64,000 bases of DNA from a candidate division WOR-3 bacterium (lineage in GTDB: Bacteria > Hydrothermota > Hydrothermia > LBFQ01 > DSFT01): the NCBI GenBank assembly GCA_039802865.1, contig JBDRXL010000002.1, forward strand, positions 39,826 through 103,825, written 5' to 3'. The notes below the pieces were generated by a model. The model was not told where the DNA came from. It saw only the letters and a list, made by a program, of their open reading frames with translations, and did no database searches. The translations under genes were made by a program, and so were the position numbers. Shown here piece by piece: positions 40,081-50,509 of this stretch (position 1 is the first letter of the stretch; each line of letters begins with the position of its first letter).

Positions 40081-40890
40081 TTAATATGCTATAACAGGCA
40101 TTGTTGCACTTCTTAAAACTCTTGATGTTGTGGAGCTATAAAATAGCCTTTCAATTAAATTTAAGCTTTTTCTTCTTGACATAATAATTAAATCAATATC
40201 GTATTTATTAGCATATTCTAAAATGCCAGAGCCAGCATCTTTTGAAACAACGATATTTACAGAATAATCAATATCTTTAAGAACACTTTCATATAATTTT
40301 AGATTTTGATGAACTTTTTCTTCTTGAAGTCGTAATGTTTCAACAGGAACTGATATAGAACTTTCAAAAACATTTATAATATGAAGTTTTGCATCTGTGT
40401 TTTTAGCAAAATCAATAGCAAACATCAAAGGTTCAAGAGAATGAGTTTTTTCATTTATAGGAAGAAGAATATTTTTAAATGAGGTTTTAGGAGTATTTGT
40501 TCCAAATAAAATTGGAATTTCTGATATTTTCTTTAAGGAAAGAGCATTTGAACCGATAAAACTTATATCTTGTATATCATAGCTTGAACGACCAATTGCA
40601 ATTAATTTAGATTGTAAGCTTTGAGCAAGTTCTAAAATTTCAAGTGGAATTGGTTTTGATTGAACTTTAATATGGACTTTCGCATTTATATTCTTTTCTT
40701 TTAAGAAGTTTTCAATTTTATTTAGTTTTTCTTGTTTTTCAACTTCTGGTGTTGATAATCCATAAGCTTCTGAGGATATGAAATATACAACATTTAGTTC
40801 TAAATTAAAGATATTAGAAACAGTGTAAGCAGTTATAAGAGCATTTTCACTTTGCTTTGAAAAGTCAAAGGCACATAAAATTGTTTTCAT
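40081..40890 (-). CDS. Tandem universal stress protein (2x UspA domains)
   Basis: Two Usp-like halves each ending with ...G(S/R)..G...GS...V-type ATP-binding segments (IAIGRSSYD..., IIMSRRK...); sits between cbaD and cbaB. Confidence 0.7.
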   Translation of the reverse strand: MKTILCAFDFSKQSENALITAYTVSNIFNLELNVVYFISSEAYGLSTPEVEKQEKLNKIENFLKEKNINAKVHIKVQSKPIPLEILELAQSLQSKLIAIGRSSYDIQDISFIGSNALSLKKISEIPILFGTNTPKTSFKNILLPINEKTHSLEPLMFAIDFAKNTDAKLHIINVFESSISVPVETLRLQEEKVHQNLKLYESVLKDIDYSVNIVVSKDAGSGILEYANKYDIDLIIMSRRKSLNLIERLFYSSTTSRVLRSATMPVIAY

Positions 40891-40893
40891 AAC

Positions 40894-41004
40894 TTACCCC
40901 CTTGATATCATAACCATATATACTAAAAGCCAGATAATAGCATATAAAATCAACATCAAAACAAAGAAAGCAATTGAACCTTTTGGAAAGAATTTCTCTT
41001 GCAT
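40894..41004 (-). CDS. cbaD: ba3-type cytochrome c oxidase subunit IIa (36 aa); not in ORF track
   Basis: MQEKFFPKGSIAFFVLMLILYAIIWLLVYMVMISRG: single TM ending RG, colinear with Thermus IIa (MEEKPKGALAVILVLTLTILVFWLGVYAVFFARG); AGGAGG RBS 7 nt upstream. Confidence 0.75.
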   Translation of the reverse strand: MQEKFFPKGSIAFFVLMLILYAIIWLLVYMVMISRG

Positions 41005-41007
41005 ATT

Positions 41008-42630
41008 TTAACCTCCTGTTGTTCTTATTACATCATAATAAACAAAGGTATAAGCTATAACAATTAAAATTAAGGCTAAGACAATCCAAACTTTAAATTC
41101 ATTTAAAAGTTTAGAATCTGCTTTGTCAAGTGATTCTGCATCTTCAATTTCAATTTTTTCCTCATTTACTTTCTTTGAGAATAAAAGACTAAAGAATACA
41201 ATAAAGTAAAATACCATTGCTAAGAACATAATAATTCCACCTATTAAAGCAATGTAGTTCCATATCATCCAATCAGGATGATAAAGAGGACTTTCTGGAT
41301 TTGCATAAGTTAAACCCATATTTGTTCTTCTTGGAATACCTAAAACACCACCTACCATCATTGAAATTCCAAAAATTACAGAACCTATAAGCCATAGATA
41401 GGGAACTAATAAATTTAAAGTTTTTAAAGGAATTTCTTTACCTGTAACCTTTGATATTAAATATAAGCTAATTCCAAGAATTCCAAGAAATACAAGACCA
41501 CCTACTGTTAAATGGAAATGACCTGGAACATATGATGTGTTATGAACAACAAGATTTACATTATATGAAGCATTAACGATTCCAGTAATTCCACCTAATA
41601 TAAATACAAAAAGTCCAGAAATAAAGTAAGCAAAGAGCCACTTTTCTTTATCAAAATAAGGGAGTTTAAATAACCAGCTTAAAAGACCATTGCTTCCATT
41701 TCTCCTTGCACCATATTCTAAGGTTGCAGCAACAGTAAATGCGGTTATGAATGAAGGAATTGCAACCATAAATGTTAAAAATCCTTGTATAAGTTTCCAA
41801 CTTGTGCCAATGCCAGGGTCTGCATACTGATGATGAACACCAACGGGAATTGAAAATAAAATAAATAATACGAATGAAACTCTTGCAAATGTATCAGAAA
41901 ATAGTTTTGAAGATATAACCTTTGGTAAAAGAGTATAAAGTCCTATATAAACTGGTAATAACCAGAAATAAACAAGGGCATGTCCAAACATCCAAAATAG
42001 TGTTCTTGCTAAAAGATTATTTATTTCTTGAACTAAACCAAGGGATTTTGGTAAAAGCATAAAAAGAATTTCAATAGCAACAGGAATTGTGCATAAGAAC
42101 CATATTAAGAATGTTGTAAGTATTCCAAATACTGCAAGAGGTGTATATTTATTTTCTTTTTTATATGATAAATAAGTAGGAATCCAATTAAAGAAAGCAA
42201 CCCAAGAACCAACTACTAATAAAACCGCCCCTATATAGAATGCAGGTGGAGCTATAAGTGGTGGGTAAAATGTATATAATACATCAGTTTTTTGAATAAG
42301 AATAGCATAAGCGGCTAAAAGTGTTCCAATTAACATAAGCCAGAATGAAAGCCAAGCAATTTTGGTATTTATAGGTTTTTTAAGATAATGATAAATTATT
42401 GCATTTCCAAAAGCAACTGCAAAGAATGTAGTAAGAACAATAGCATTAACAACACCATGTAATGTTAAACCTTGATAATAAGTTAATCCCAAAAAACTAA
42501 CGGATTTGATAATTCCAGCCCTATAGAGAACCTGCATGAGCCCATGGTAAATTCCAAGAATTAAGAGGATGATTGAGATTGTTATCTCCCAAAAGATCAA
42601 GGTTCTCAAACTTTTTTGGATTCTTTCCAT
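41008..42630 (-). CDS. cbaA: ba3-type cytochrome c oxidase subunit I
   Basis: ~13-TM haem-copper oxidase with His ligands (HHQYADP, HNTSYVPGHFHLTV); TTTAAAATTT element directly upstream. Confidence 0.85.
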   Translation of the reverse strand: MERIQKSLRTLIFWEITISIILLILGIYHGLMQVLYRAGIIKSVSFLGLTYYQGLTLHGVVNAIVLTTFFAVAFGNAIIYHYLKKPINTKIAWLSFWLMLIGTLLAAYAILIQKTDVLYTFYPPLIAPPAFYIGAVLLVVGSWVAFFNWIPTYLSYKKENKYTPLAVFGILTTFLIWFLCTIPVAIEILFMLLPKSLGLVQEINNLLARTLFWMFGHALVYFWLLPVYIGLYTLLPKVISSKLFSDTFARVSFVLFILFSIPVGVHHQYADPGIGTSWKLIQGFLTFMVAIPSFITAFTVAATLEYGARRNGSNGLLSWLFKLPYFDKEKWLFAYFISGLFVFILGGITGIVNASYNVNLVVHNTSYVPGHFHLTVGGLVFLGILGISLYLISKVTGKEIPLKTLNLLVPYLWLIGSVIFGISMMVGGVLGIPRRTNMGLTYANPESPLYHPDWMIWNYIALIGGIIMFLAMVFYFIVFFSLLFSKKVNEEKIEIEDAESLDKADSKLLNEFKVWIVLALILIVIAYTFVYYDVIRTTGG

Positions 42631-42656
42631 AGTTTCAAATTTTAAAGTGTAAGAAT
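42631..42656 (-). promoter_or_regulatory. CTTTAAAATTT element 7 nt upstream of cbaA ATG (minus strand)
   Basis: Minus strand reads CACTTTAAAATTTGAAACT-ATG(42630). Confidence 0.4.
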
Positions 42657-45600
42657 TTACTTACTAATTTGGTAGGGAATTTTTTTAATTTTTGAAAAAA
42701 TTTTTAAGAAATAATCTAAAAATTCTTTATAGATAGCATTCAAGTTTTTATTTCCGAATTTTTCATATACAAGAGGAATTATAATTAGCGTAAGCATAGT
42801 TGAAGTGAATATGCCACCTATTACTACTATTGCTAAAGGTTTTTGGACTTCTGAACCTATTCCCTTGACAAAGAGCATAGGTAAAAGACCTAAGGATGCA
42901 GCAGTGGCGGTTATAAGGATGGGTCTTAATCTTCTTGATGCACCTAAAAGAACCGCTTCTTTTATTTCATATCCTTTCTCTATTAAAGATTTGACGTAAG
43001 AAATTAAAACTACCCCATTGAGTGTAGCTATTCCAAAGAGAGCTATAAATCCTACTGCTGATGGGACAGAAAGGTTATACCCAGATATATACATTGAAAT
43101 CACACCACCTATGGTAGCAAATGGAACATTTAAAATTACGATGAGAGCATCTCTAAGAGAATTATAGTTTATGTAAAGTAATAGTAGTATTATGAGTATG
43201 GATATAGGAACAATTATAGCAAGTTTTTTCATAGCTCTTTCTTGGTTTTCAAATTGGCCACCAATGCTTATGAAATATCCTGGTGGAAGTTTAATTTCTT
43301 TGTTTATCCTTTCTTTTATTTCCTTTACAAAACTTCCTAAATCTCTACCTTGGAGGTTGGACTGGACAAGTGCAAATCTTATACCATTTTCTCTTCTTAT
43401 TTTTGAAAAACCTTCTCCTATTTCAATATCTGCTACTTGTGAAAGAGTTAAAATATTCCCATCCTTTGTAATAAGGGGTAAATCTTTTATAGTTTCCAAA
43501 TTTTTTCTTTCAAGGTCTAAAACTATGGGAAATAGTATGTTATCTTGCTGTAAATAACTTATTTCTTTACCCCCCAAAGCGTAAGATATCAAATTCATGA
43601 GTTCAGCAGTAGTTATGTTATACCTTTTTAAAGCTTCTGTTTTAGGTATGATTCTTAATTGAAGTTTTCCCGATTGAGCTTCTGTTTCTACATCCACTGC
43701 ACCTTTTACACTTTTTACTATTTCCTCAATTTTGTAAGCTAATTCATTTATTTTATTTAAATCATCACCAAAAACCTTTATCGCTACTGTAGATTTTACA
43801 CCTGATAAAAGTTCATCTATTCTCATTTGTATAGGTTGTGTGAAACTGAAATCTACTCCTGGTATCCCTTCCAGTTTTTTTCTAAGTATATTTTCAAACT
43901 CTTGTCTGCTCTTGAAGTTTTTCCATTCTTCTGCAGGTTTAAGAATAATGAATGTTTCAGTATAACTAACATCTTCTGGTTCTCCTACCTCAGCTCTTCC
44001 TATATTAGAAAAAGCTCTTACGACTTCTTGATATTCAAGTGCAGTCTCTTCTACTATTTTTGCAACTCTTTTTGCTTCATCTAGTGAAACATTCGGATTT
44101 AGGAAGGATTTAACTAATATAGCTCCTTCTTCTAGTTGTGGGGCAAATTCCGTACCTGTTCTAGAGAGAAGAAAAAGAGAAAAAAAGAAAAGACTAAATG
44201 TGATAGTTAAAAGCAAGCTTCTTACTTTAAAAGATTTTTCCAAAATTCTTATATATATCTCTCGTAGTTTTTTGAAGATAATTGTTTCTTCCTTTCCAGG
44301 TTTTATTAAATAATAGGAAAGTACAGGCATAAATATAAAGGCAACTATTAATGATGATAAGAGGGCAAGAATAATAGTAAGGGCTAAGGGTTTATAGTAT
44401 TTTCCTTCTACTGATTCAAGGCTAAATATAGGAAGGAAAACCAGCATAATTATGCCTATTGCAAAAGTTATTGGTTTTATGACTTCTTTTATTGAAGTAG
44501 TTATTATAGAAATTTTGTCCTCGTTGTATTTTTCTGATAAGTGTCTATATATATTTTCTACTACTACTACTGTAGCATCTGCAAAGAGACCGATACCTAT
44601 TGCAAGACCTCCTAAGGTCATAAGATTTCCAGATATATCAAGACTTCTTAGAAAAATAAAAGTAATAAGTATTGTAAAAGGTATAGAAAGAGCTACTAAA
44701 ATAGCTACTCTTAGGTTCCACATATAAAGTGCTATCGCGATGGATACTAATATTATACCTTCCAATAAGGCTTTTTCTACAGTAGCAAGAGCTTTCTGAG
44801 TAAGATAAGATTGGTCATAAATCACTTCTATTTTCAATCCAGATGGTAATATATTTTGTAATTCTTTAATTTTTTTGTTTAATTTTTCTACTAAATTCAT
44901 TGTGTTTGTTTTAACTCTTTTTAAAATTATATTTCCTTGAACTTCTTGGGTGTTGAGAGTAAAAGCTCCTCTTCTGTTAGGAAGTTCAGAAGAAATAACT
45001 TCTGCTATGTCTTTTATTGTAAGGCTTATCCCATCCTCTTTTTTTATAGGTACATTTTCTATTTCTTCTATGCTTTTTAATCTTCCAAGACCTCTAACTA
45101 CTAAGTCCCCTTCAGGAGATTTTATAAAACCACCACCTGCTATTTGGTTGTATTCTTCCAAAGCTTTTATAATATCTTCTAGGGTTATATCATATAAAAC
45201 CATTTTTTGAGGATTCAACTTCACTAAATATGCTTTTTCTGGTCCCCATTGTGATATGTCTTCTACACCATCTACCGATTTTATTATGGGTCTTATTTTC
45301 CACATTTGTATAGTCTTTATATCTTCAAGAGAATAGTTTCCGCTTTCATCTATTATAGTATAAAAAAGAACATTTCCAAGGCCGGATGTATTTGGTCCTA
45401 TTCTTGGTACATATCCTTGTGGTATTTGAGCTTGAGCTTCTGGAAGTTTTTGGGCAATTAGGTTTCTAGCAAAGTATATATCTGTACCTTCTTTGAAAAA
45501 TACACTAACATAAGATAAACCAGGAAGACTCACAGATCTTACGAGCTCTACATCTTTTAGTCCAGAAAGAACAAATTCTATAGGTTTGGTAACCAGAAGT

Positions 45601-45770
45601 TCTGTTTCTTCTGCAGAAAGTCCCGGTGTTTCTGTATAGATAATAACCTGTATCGGTGTTGGGTCTGGGAAGGTATCTATGGAAATAGTCCTGAAAGACC
45701 AAATACCAAATAATGTTGTTCCAAATATTCCTATTAATACTAAAAATCTATAATGGAGTAAATTTTTCAT
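42657..45770 (-). CDS. RND heavy-metal efflux pump (CzcA/CusA family)
   Basis: 1037 aa, 12 TM, N-terminal ...DTFPDPTPIQVIIYTETPGLSAEE... typical of HME-RND. Confidence 0.85.
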   Translation of the reverse strand: MKNLLHYRFLVLIGIFGTTLFGIWSFRTISIDTFPDPTPIQVIIYTETPGLSAEETELLVTKPIEFVLSGLKDVELVRSVSLPGLSYVSVFFKEGTDIYFARNLIAQKLPEAQAQIPQGYVPRIGPNTSGLGNVLFYTIIDESGNYSLEDIKTIQMWKIRPIIKSVDGVEDISQWGPEKAYLVKLNPQKMVLYDITLEDIIKALEEYNQIAGGGFIKSPEGDLVVRGLGRLKSIEEIENVPIKKEDGISLTIKDIAEVISSELPNRRGAFTLNTQEVQGNIILKRVKTNTMNLVEKLNKKIKELQNILPSGLKIEVIYDQSYLTQKALATVEKALLEGIILVSIAIALYMWNLRVAILVALSIPFTILITFIFLRSLDISGNLMTLGGLAIGIGLFADATVVVVENIYRHLSEKYNEDKISIITTSIKEVIKPITFAIGIIMLVFLPIFSLESVEGKYYKPLALTIILALLSSLIVAFIFMPVLSYYLIKPGKEETIIFKKLREIYIRILEKSFKVRSLLLTITFSLFFFSLFLLSRTGTEFAPQLEEGAILVKSFLNPNVSLDEAKRVAKIVEETALEYQEVVRAFSNIGRAEVGEPEDVSYTETFIILKPAEEWKNFKSRQEFENILRKKLEGIPGVDFSFTQPIQMRIDELLSGVKSTVAIKVFGDDLNKINELAYKIEEIVKSVKGAVDVETEAQSGKLQLRIIPKTEALKRYNITTAELMNLISYALGGKEISYLQQDNILFPIVLDLERKNLETIKDLPLITKDGNILTLSQVADIEIGEGFSKIRRENGIRFALVQSNLQGRDLGSFVKEIKERINKEIKLPPGYFISIGGQFENQERAMKKLAIIVPISILIILLLLYINYNSLRDALIVILNVPFATIGGVISMYISGYNLSVPSAVGFIALFGIATLNGVVLISYVKSLIEKGYEIKEAVLLGASRRLRPILITATAASLGLLPMLFVKGIGSEVQKPLAIVVIGGIFTSTMLTLIIIPLVYEKFGNKNLNAIYKEFLDYFLKIFSKIKKIPYQISK

Positions 45771-46750
45771 TGTTTTTCAATTTGACTTTTAAGAAATATT
45801 GTTCCACTGACTGCTATTTTATCTCCTTCTTTTATGTTTCCCCTTATTAAAACCATATTATCTTTTTCTTTAATTTTTTCTACTTTTATGATTTCAAATC
45901 CATCTTTTACTCTTAGAAATACTACGTAATTTCCCGATATTCTTTGAAGAGCTTGAGAAGGAATCCAGATGCCTTTGATATTTTCAATTTGAATTACAGC
46001 TTCTACTGGAAGACCTATTTTTAATATATCATCTTTATTATCTATCAGAAGCCTAATTATTACTCTTTTAGTATTGTGATCAAGTTCGTAAGAGATGTAA
46101 TCTACATATCCCCATACTTTTATATTGTTCCAAATTACATACCCTTTCATCCCTATTTTTATTCTTTGGCTTTCCTCTGGTCTTGCATAAGAATATACCC
46201 AAATTTTTTCATGGGAGTGAATCATAAACATCCTCTTAGATATATCAACACTTGAACCTAAAAATATTTCTTGTTTTGAAATATAACCGCTTATTGGAGC
46301 TTTTATGAATATTTCATTTCCCCTAATTTCTCCTGAGTACTTAAAAGAATTTACAAGTGCTTCATATTCAGCTTTTATCTTTTCGTATTCCACTTTTGCA
46401 TTGTAATATCTTGAATAGGGTATGACTTCTTCTTTGTATAGCATTTCTTCTCTTTTTAGATTTTCTTCTGCTACTTTTAATTTTGCCTGTATGTCTGTTA
46501 ATTGTGGAGAATATATAGAAACTAAAACTTGTCCTTTTCTAACATAGTCTCCTTGTTTTACAAAAACATTTCTTATGATGCCGGGAATGGGTGAGTAGAT
46601 TTCCGCAACAAGAGGTGTATATTCTTCTGTTTTTGCAGGAAGTCTAATTTCTTCTATAATTTCTTGCACTTTAACTTCATATAGTTTAATATCTAACTTT
46701 TTTTGAAGTTTTTCATCTAACTTTATAAATGTCATTATAAAGAAGATCAT
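45767..46750 (-). CDS. RND efflux membrane-fusion (periplasmic adaptor) protein
   Basis: Position between OMF and RND genes, lipoyl/beta-barrel adaptor pattern, overlapping starts/stops. Confidence 0.7.
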   Translation of the reverse strand: MIFFIMTFIKLDEKLQKKLDIKLYEVKVQEIIEEIRLPAKTEEYTPLVAEIYSPIPGIIRNVFVKQGDYVRKGQVLVSIYSPQLTDIQAKLKVAEENLKREEMLYKEEVIPYSRYYNAKVEYEKIKAEYEALVNSFKYSGEIRGNEIFIKAPISGYISKQEIFLGSSVDISKRMFMIHSHEKIWVYSYARPEESQRIKIGMKGYVIWNNIKVWGYVDYISYELDHNTKRVIIRLLIDNKDDILKIGLPVEAVIQIENIKGIWIPSQALQRISGNYVVFLRVKDGFEIIKVEKIKEKDNMVLIRGNIKEGDKIAVSGTIFLKSQIEKQ

Positions 46751-47631
46751 AGCTCACCTCCTATTTTTAGATAGTTTGAGTATTCTTGATGAGCTTGCAT
46801 TATAAGTAAAAGCCTATATTTTTGAATTTCGATATATCTCCTTTTTGCATCTAAGAGTTCTAAAAGGGTTATAACTCTTAATTTATAACTTTTTTCCGCT
46901 AAGGATAATTCTTCTTTTGTTCTTTTTAGTGTGTTTTCTTCTATCTTTTTTATTTCTTCTACAAGTTTTGTATATCTTTGCCTTATTATTTGAAAATCTC
47001 TTTCTAATTTTAGCTCTTCAAGTTCCTTCAATTTTTCTATGCTTCTTTTTTGAGATGTAAGCTCTGAAATTTCTGACTGCCTTCTATAAAAAATAGGAAT
47101 AGATAAGTTAAAGTTATATCTTAGGATATAGTTAGAGCTATAATTTCTTTCTGCAATAACTCCTATGTTTATTTGAGGTAGTGCTAAAATTCTTTGTGTA
47201 ATTATCCCATAAGAAATACTCTTTATAGTATTATTGTAATATCTGATTGTAGCTAATTCTTCTATTTTTAAATTACGCATATCTCTGAGATTGTCAAATT
47301 TTTCCTCAATATCAGCTACATTTTCACCTATTAAGGATGAAAGATATTTTAAAGAATTCTCGTAATCGTTTTTTGATAATTCTAATTCAGATTTTGAAAG
47401 TTCTAGATCACTTTCCGCTTTAATAAGCTCTAACTTTGTTGCTTCACCAAGTTCAAATGACTTTTTTACGAAATTGTATATTTCTTCACTTATATTGTAA
47501 TTTTCTTGTGCAACTTTCAAAAGTTCTTTTTTATAAAGTGCGTTGTAGTAAGCTAAAAATACTTCACCTATGATATAAAATTTTTCTATCTTTATTTTTT
47601 CTAAAAATGCTTTTTTTTCATAATCCACCAT
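46747..47631 (-). CDS. TolC-like outer-membrane efflux protein; 5' end disrupted (TolC-frame ORF is open up to 47859 but no start codon; signal-peptide mini-ORF 47847..47891 in +1 frame)
   Basis: Upstream in-frame peptide LYAIDLKTAINKAIENYPSIKALYEE... is TolC N-terminal-like but lacks a start; MFHILLLSNANSMQ* in adjacent frame. Confidence 0.5.
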   Translation of the reverse strand: MVDYEKKAFLEKIKIEKFYIIGEVFLAYYNALYKKELLKVAQENYNISEEIYNFVKKSFELGEATKLELIKAESDLELSKSELELSKNDYENSLKYLSSLIGENVADIEEKFDNLRDMRNLKIEELATIRYYNNTIKSISYGIITQRILALPQINIGVIAERNYSSNYILRYNFNLSIPIFYRRQSEISELTSQKRSIEKLKELEELKLERDFQIIRQRYTKLVEEIKKIEENTLKRTKEELSLAEKSYKLRVITLLELLDAKRRYIEIQKYRLLLIMQAHQEYSNYLKIGGEL

Positions 47632-47932
47632 TTTAATGTGTGGTATGTATGTAAAAATAGGGGTTATAGGTTGAGAATAAGAGAAGTCATAAGGAGAGTT
47701 AATATTTTTTTCAATAGTTAGCCCTATTGTAGGGTTTAGATAGGATTTATATGCTTGATATTTGCCTTCAAATTTGTGGGATTCTTCATAAAGAGCTTTT
47801 ATAGATGGATAATTTTCAATAGCTTTGTTTATAGCGGTTTTTAAATCTATTGCATAGAGTTAGCATTTGATAAAAGTAAGATATGAAACATTTCCAAAGT
47901 TTGAAATTTTAAAGCCATAAACTTTTAAAACT

Positions 47933-50017
47933 ATGATAAATAACTTCATAAATCCAAGAACCATAGCTATTATAGGGGCTTCAAGGGATGAAAATAGTGT
48001 AGGTTTTGGAATTTTAAAAAATATCATATTTAATGGTTATAAGGGGGTTGTTTATCCTGTAAATCCAAAAGCGCATTCTATAATGGGTATAAGATGTTAT
48101 AAGAGTGTTCTTGAAATAGAAGATGAAATAGATTTAGGAATTATTGTAGTTCCTTCAAAAATTGTAAAGGATGTTCTTTTTGATTGTTCAAAAAAGGGAA
48201 TAAAAGGAGTTGTTATTATTAGTTCTGGATTTAAGGAAATTGGAGAAGAAGGCGAAAAATTAGAAAGAGAAATTGTAAAAATTGCAAAAGAGTTTAATAT
48301 AAGAATACTTGGTCCAAATTGTTTTGGTTTAATTAATACTGATGAAAATGTTTCTTTAAATGCTACATTTTCTAAACAAATTGTAAAAAGAGGGAAAATT
48401 GCATTTTTAAGCCAAAGTGGAGCTTTAACTGCTGCTGTTCTTGATTATGCAAAAGATAGAAATATAGGTTTTAGTAAAATAATTACATTTGGAAATAAAG
48501 CGGATTTGGATGAAGTGGATTTTTTAGCATATTTAAAAGATGATCCTTTAACAAATGTAATTTTGCTTTATTTAGAGGATATTTCAAGAGGTAGAGAATT
48601 TCTTAAAATAGCAAGAGAAATTACAGATCATAAAAAACCGATATTAGCTATAAAATCTGGAAGAACTGAAAAAGGGAAACAAGCGGTTAGCTCACATACG
48701 GGTTCACTTACAAGTTCAGATGAAGTTTATGAAGCAATTTTTAGACAAAGTGGTGTAATAAGGGTAGATAGTGTAGAGGAATTGTTTAATTATGCTCTTG
48801 CTTTCTCTGAATTAGAATTACCAAAAGGTAATAGAGTTGTTATTTTGACAAATGCGGGAGGACCTGGTATAATTGCTGTTGATAGTGCTATAAGGTTAAA
48901 TTTAAATGTTATTGAAACACCTGATGAAACAAAACAAAAATTGAAAAGTATTTTGCCAAGTTATGCTTCATTAAGAAATCCAATTGATACAACAGCAGGT
49001 ATTAGTATAAAGGAATATATAAAAGCTCTTGAATTGTTAAGAGATGATGAAAATTTTGATGGAATTATATCAATTTTTGTAAGAGCTTTTACGATGGATA
49101 TAAATGAATTTTGTGAAGAAATAATAAAAGTTTATAAAACATTTAAAAAACCTTTAATTGTTTGCCTTATGGGAATAACGGAAATAGAAGAAGGATTAAG
49201 AAAACTTCAAGAAAATTCCATTGTTGTTTATACATTTCCAGAAGAAGCAATAAAGAGTTTTTATATTCTTTATGAATATAAGAAGTGGCTTGAAAGACCA
49301 ATAACAGATATAAAAGTTTTTGATGTTGATAAAGAAAAAGCAAATAATTTACTTATTAGTTCTGATATTTCAAAAGATGGATTTATATTAGAAAATGTTG
49401 CATTTGAAATTTTGAAAGTTTATGGTTTTAATGTAGTAGATTATGGAATAGCTTATAATATAAATGATGCTATAGAAATAGCAAAAAATATAGGTTATCC
49501 TATTGTTTTAAAAGTTCTTTCAAAAGATATTGTTCATAAGTTTGATGTTGGTGGCGTTAAACTTAATATAAAGAATGAATTTGAATTAAAGGAAGCTTTT
49601 GAAGAAATGATGAGGAAATTTGATAGCGTAGATGGGATAATTGTTCAAAAAATGGTTCAAAGGGGCATTGAATTAATACTGGGAGGAAAAAGGGATAAGA
49701 AATTTGGACCTATTATTTTGTTTGGACTTGGTGGAATATATGTTGAAGTTTTTAAAGATATTACATTTAGATTGGCACCTATTAGAGAATATGGAGCTTA
49801 TAGAATGATTCAAGAAATAAAAGCTTATGAGTTATTGAAGGGTGTAAGAGGTCAAAAGGGGGTAAATATAGAAAAAGTTGTAGAGCATATTGAGAGACTT
49901 TCACAACTTATGATTGATTTAGAAGATATTGAAGAGATTGATATTAACCCTCTTATTGCTCATAAGGACGAAGTTTATGTTGTAGATGTAAGGATAAAGA
50001 GAGAGGTAAAGCTTTAA
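47933..50017 (+). CDS. acd: Acetyl-CoA synthetase (ADP-forming), fused alpha/beta
   Basis: N-terminal CoA-binding/succinyl-CoA synthetase-like domains and C-terminal ATP-grasp; 694 aa. Confidence 0.85.
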   Translation: MINNFINPRTIAIIGASRDENSVGFGILKNIIFNGYKGVVYPVNPKAHSIMGIRCYKSVLEIEDEIDLGIIVVPSKIVKDVLFDCSKKGIKGVVIISSGFKEIGEEGEKLEREIVKIAKEFNIRILGPNCFGLINTDENVSLNATFSKQIVKRGKIAFLSQSGALTAAVLDYAKDRNIGFSKIITFGNKADLDEVDFLAYLKDDPLTNVILLYLEDISRGREFLKIAREITDHKKPILAIKSGRTEKGKQAVSSHTGSLTSSDEVYEAIFRQSGVIRVDSVEELFNYALAFSELELPKGNRVVILTNAGGPGIIAVDSAIRLNLNVIETPDETKQKLKSILPSYASLRNPIDTTAGISIKEYIKALELLRDDENFDGIISIFVRAFTMDINEFCEEIIKVYKTFKKPLIVCLMGITEIEEGLRKLQENSIVVYTFPEEAIKSFYILYEYKKWLERPITDIKVFDVDKEKANNLLISSDISKDGFILENVAFEILKVYGFNVVDYGIAYNINDAIEIAKNIGYPIVLKVLSKDIVHKFDVGGVKLNIKNEFELKEAFEEMMRKFDSVDGIIVQKMVQRGIELILGGKRDKKFGPIILFGLGGIYVEVFKDITFRLAPIREYGAYRMIQEIKAYELLKGVRGQKGVNIEKVVEHIERLSQLMIDLEDIEEIDINPLIAHKDEVYVVDVRIKREVKL

Positions 50018-50028
50018 ACTTTTAAACT

Positions 50029-50490
50029 ATGGAATTAGCTAAATTACATCCATTTATTGTTCATTTTGCTATCGCTTTTGTAATAACAGGGGTTGTTTTG
50101 GATATTTTGGGTTTTTTGCTTAAAAAGGATAGTTTAAAAAATGCTGGTTTTTGGCTTGTTATTCTTAGTGTTCCTGTTATTTGGCTTGCTAATTTTAGTG
50201 GACATCAGGCAGAAGAATTAGCTGAAAAGACTCTTGAAATTACGGGTGGAGAAAGCATCTTAGAGCAACATGAAAAAATTGGAACTTTACTATCTTACCT
50301 GGTAACGATACTTGGATTAGTAAGGTTGGGAATTTACCTTAAACCTACTAACATTATTTTTATTTTATTATATGTTATTTTAGGATTAAGCTCCTTAGGA
50401 GTTACATTATATACAGGTAGATTGGGTGGTATTTTAGTTTATGACTATGGGGCGGGAGTAAAGATTAAAATAGAAAATAAAGCTAAATAA
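50029..50490 (+). CDS. DUF2231 membrane protein
   Basis: LHPFIVHFAIAFVITG motif, 4 TM. Confidence 0.55.
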   Translation: MELAKLHPFIVHFAIAFVITGVVLDILGFLLKKDSLKNAGFWLVILSVPVIWLANFSGHQAEELAEKTLEITGGESILEQHEKIGTLLSYLVTILGLVRLGIYLKPTNIIFILLYVILGLSSLGVTLYTGRLGGILVYDYGAGVKIKIENKAK

Positions 50491-50509
50491 TCCTTTAAAC
50501 TTTCAAACT

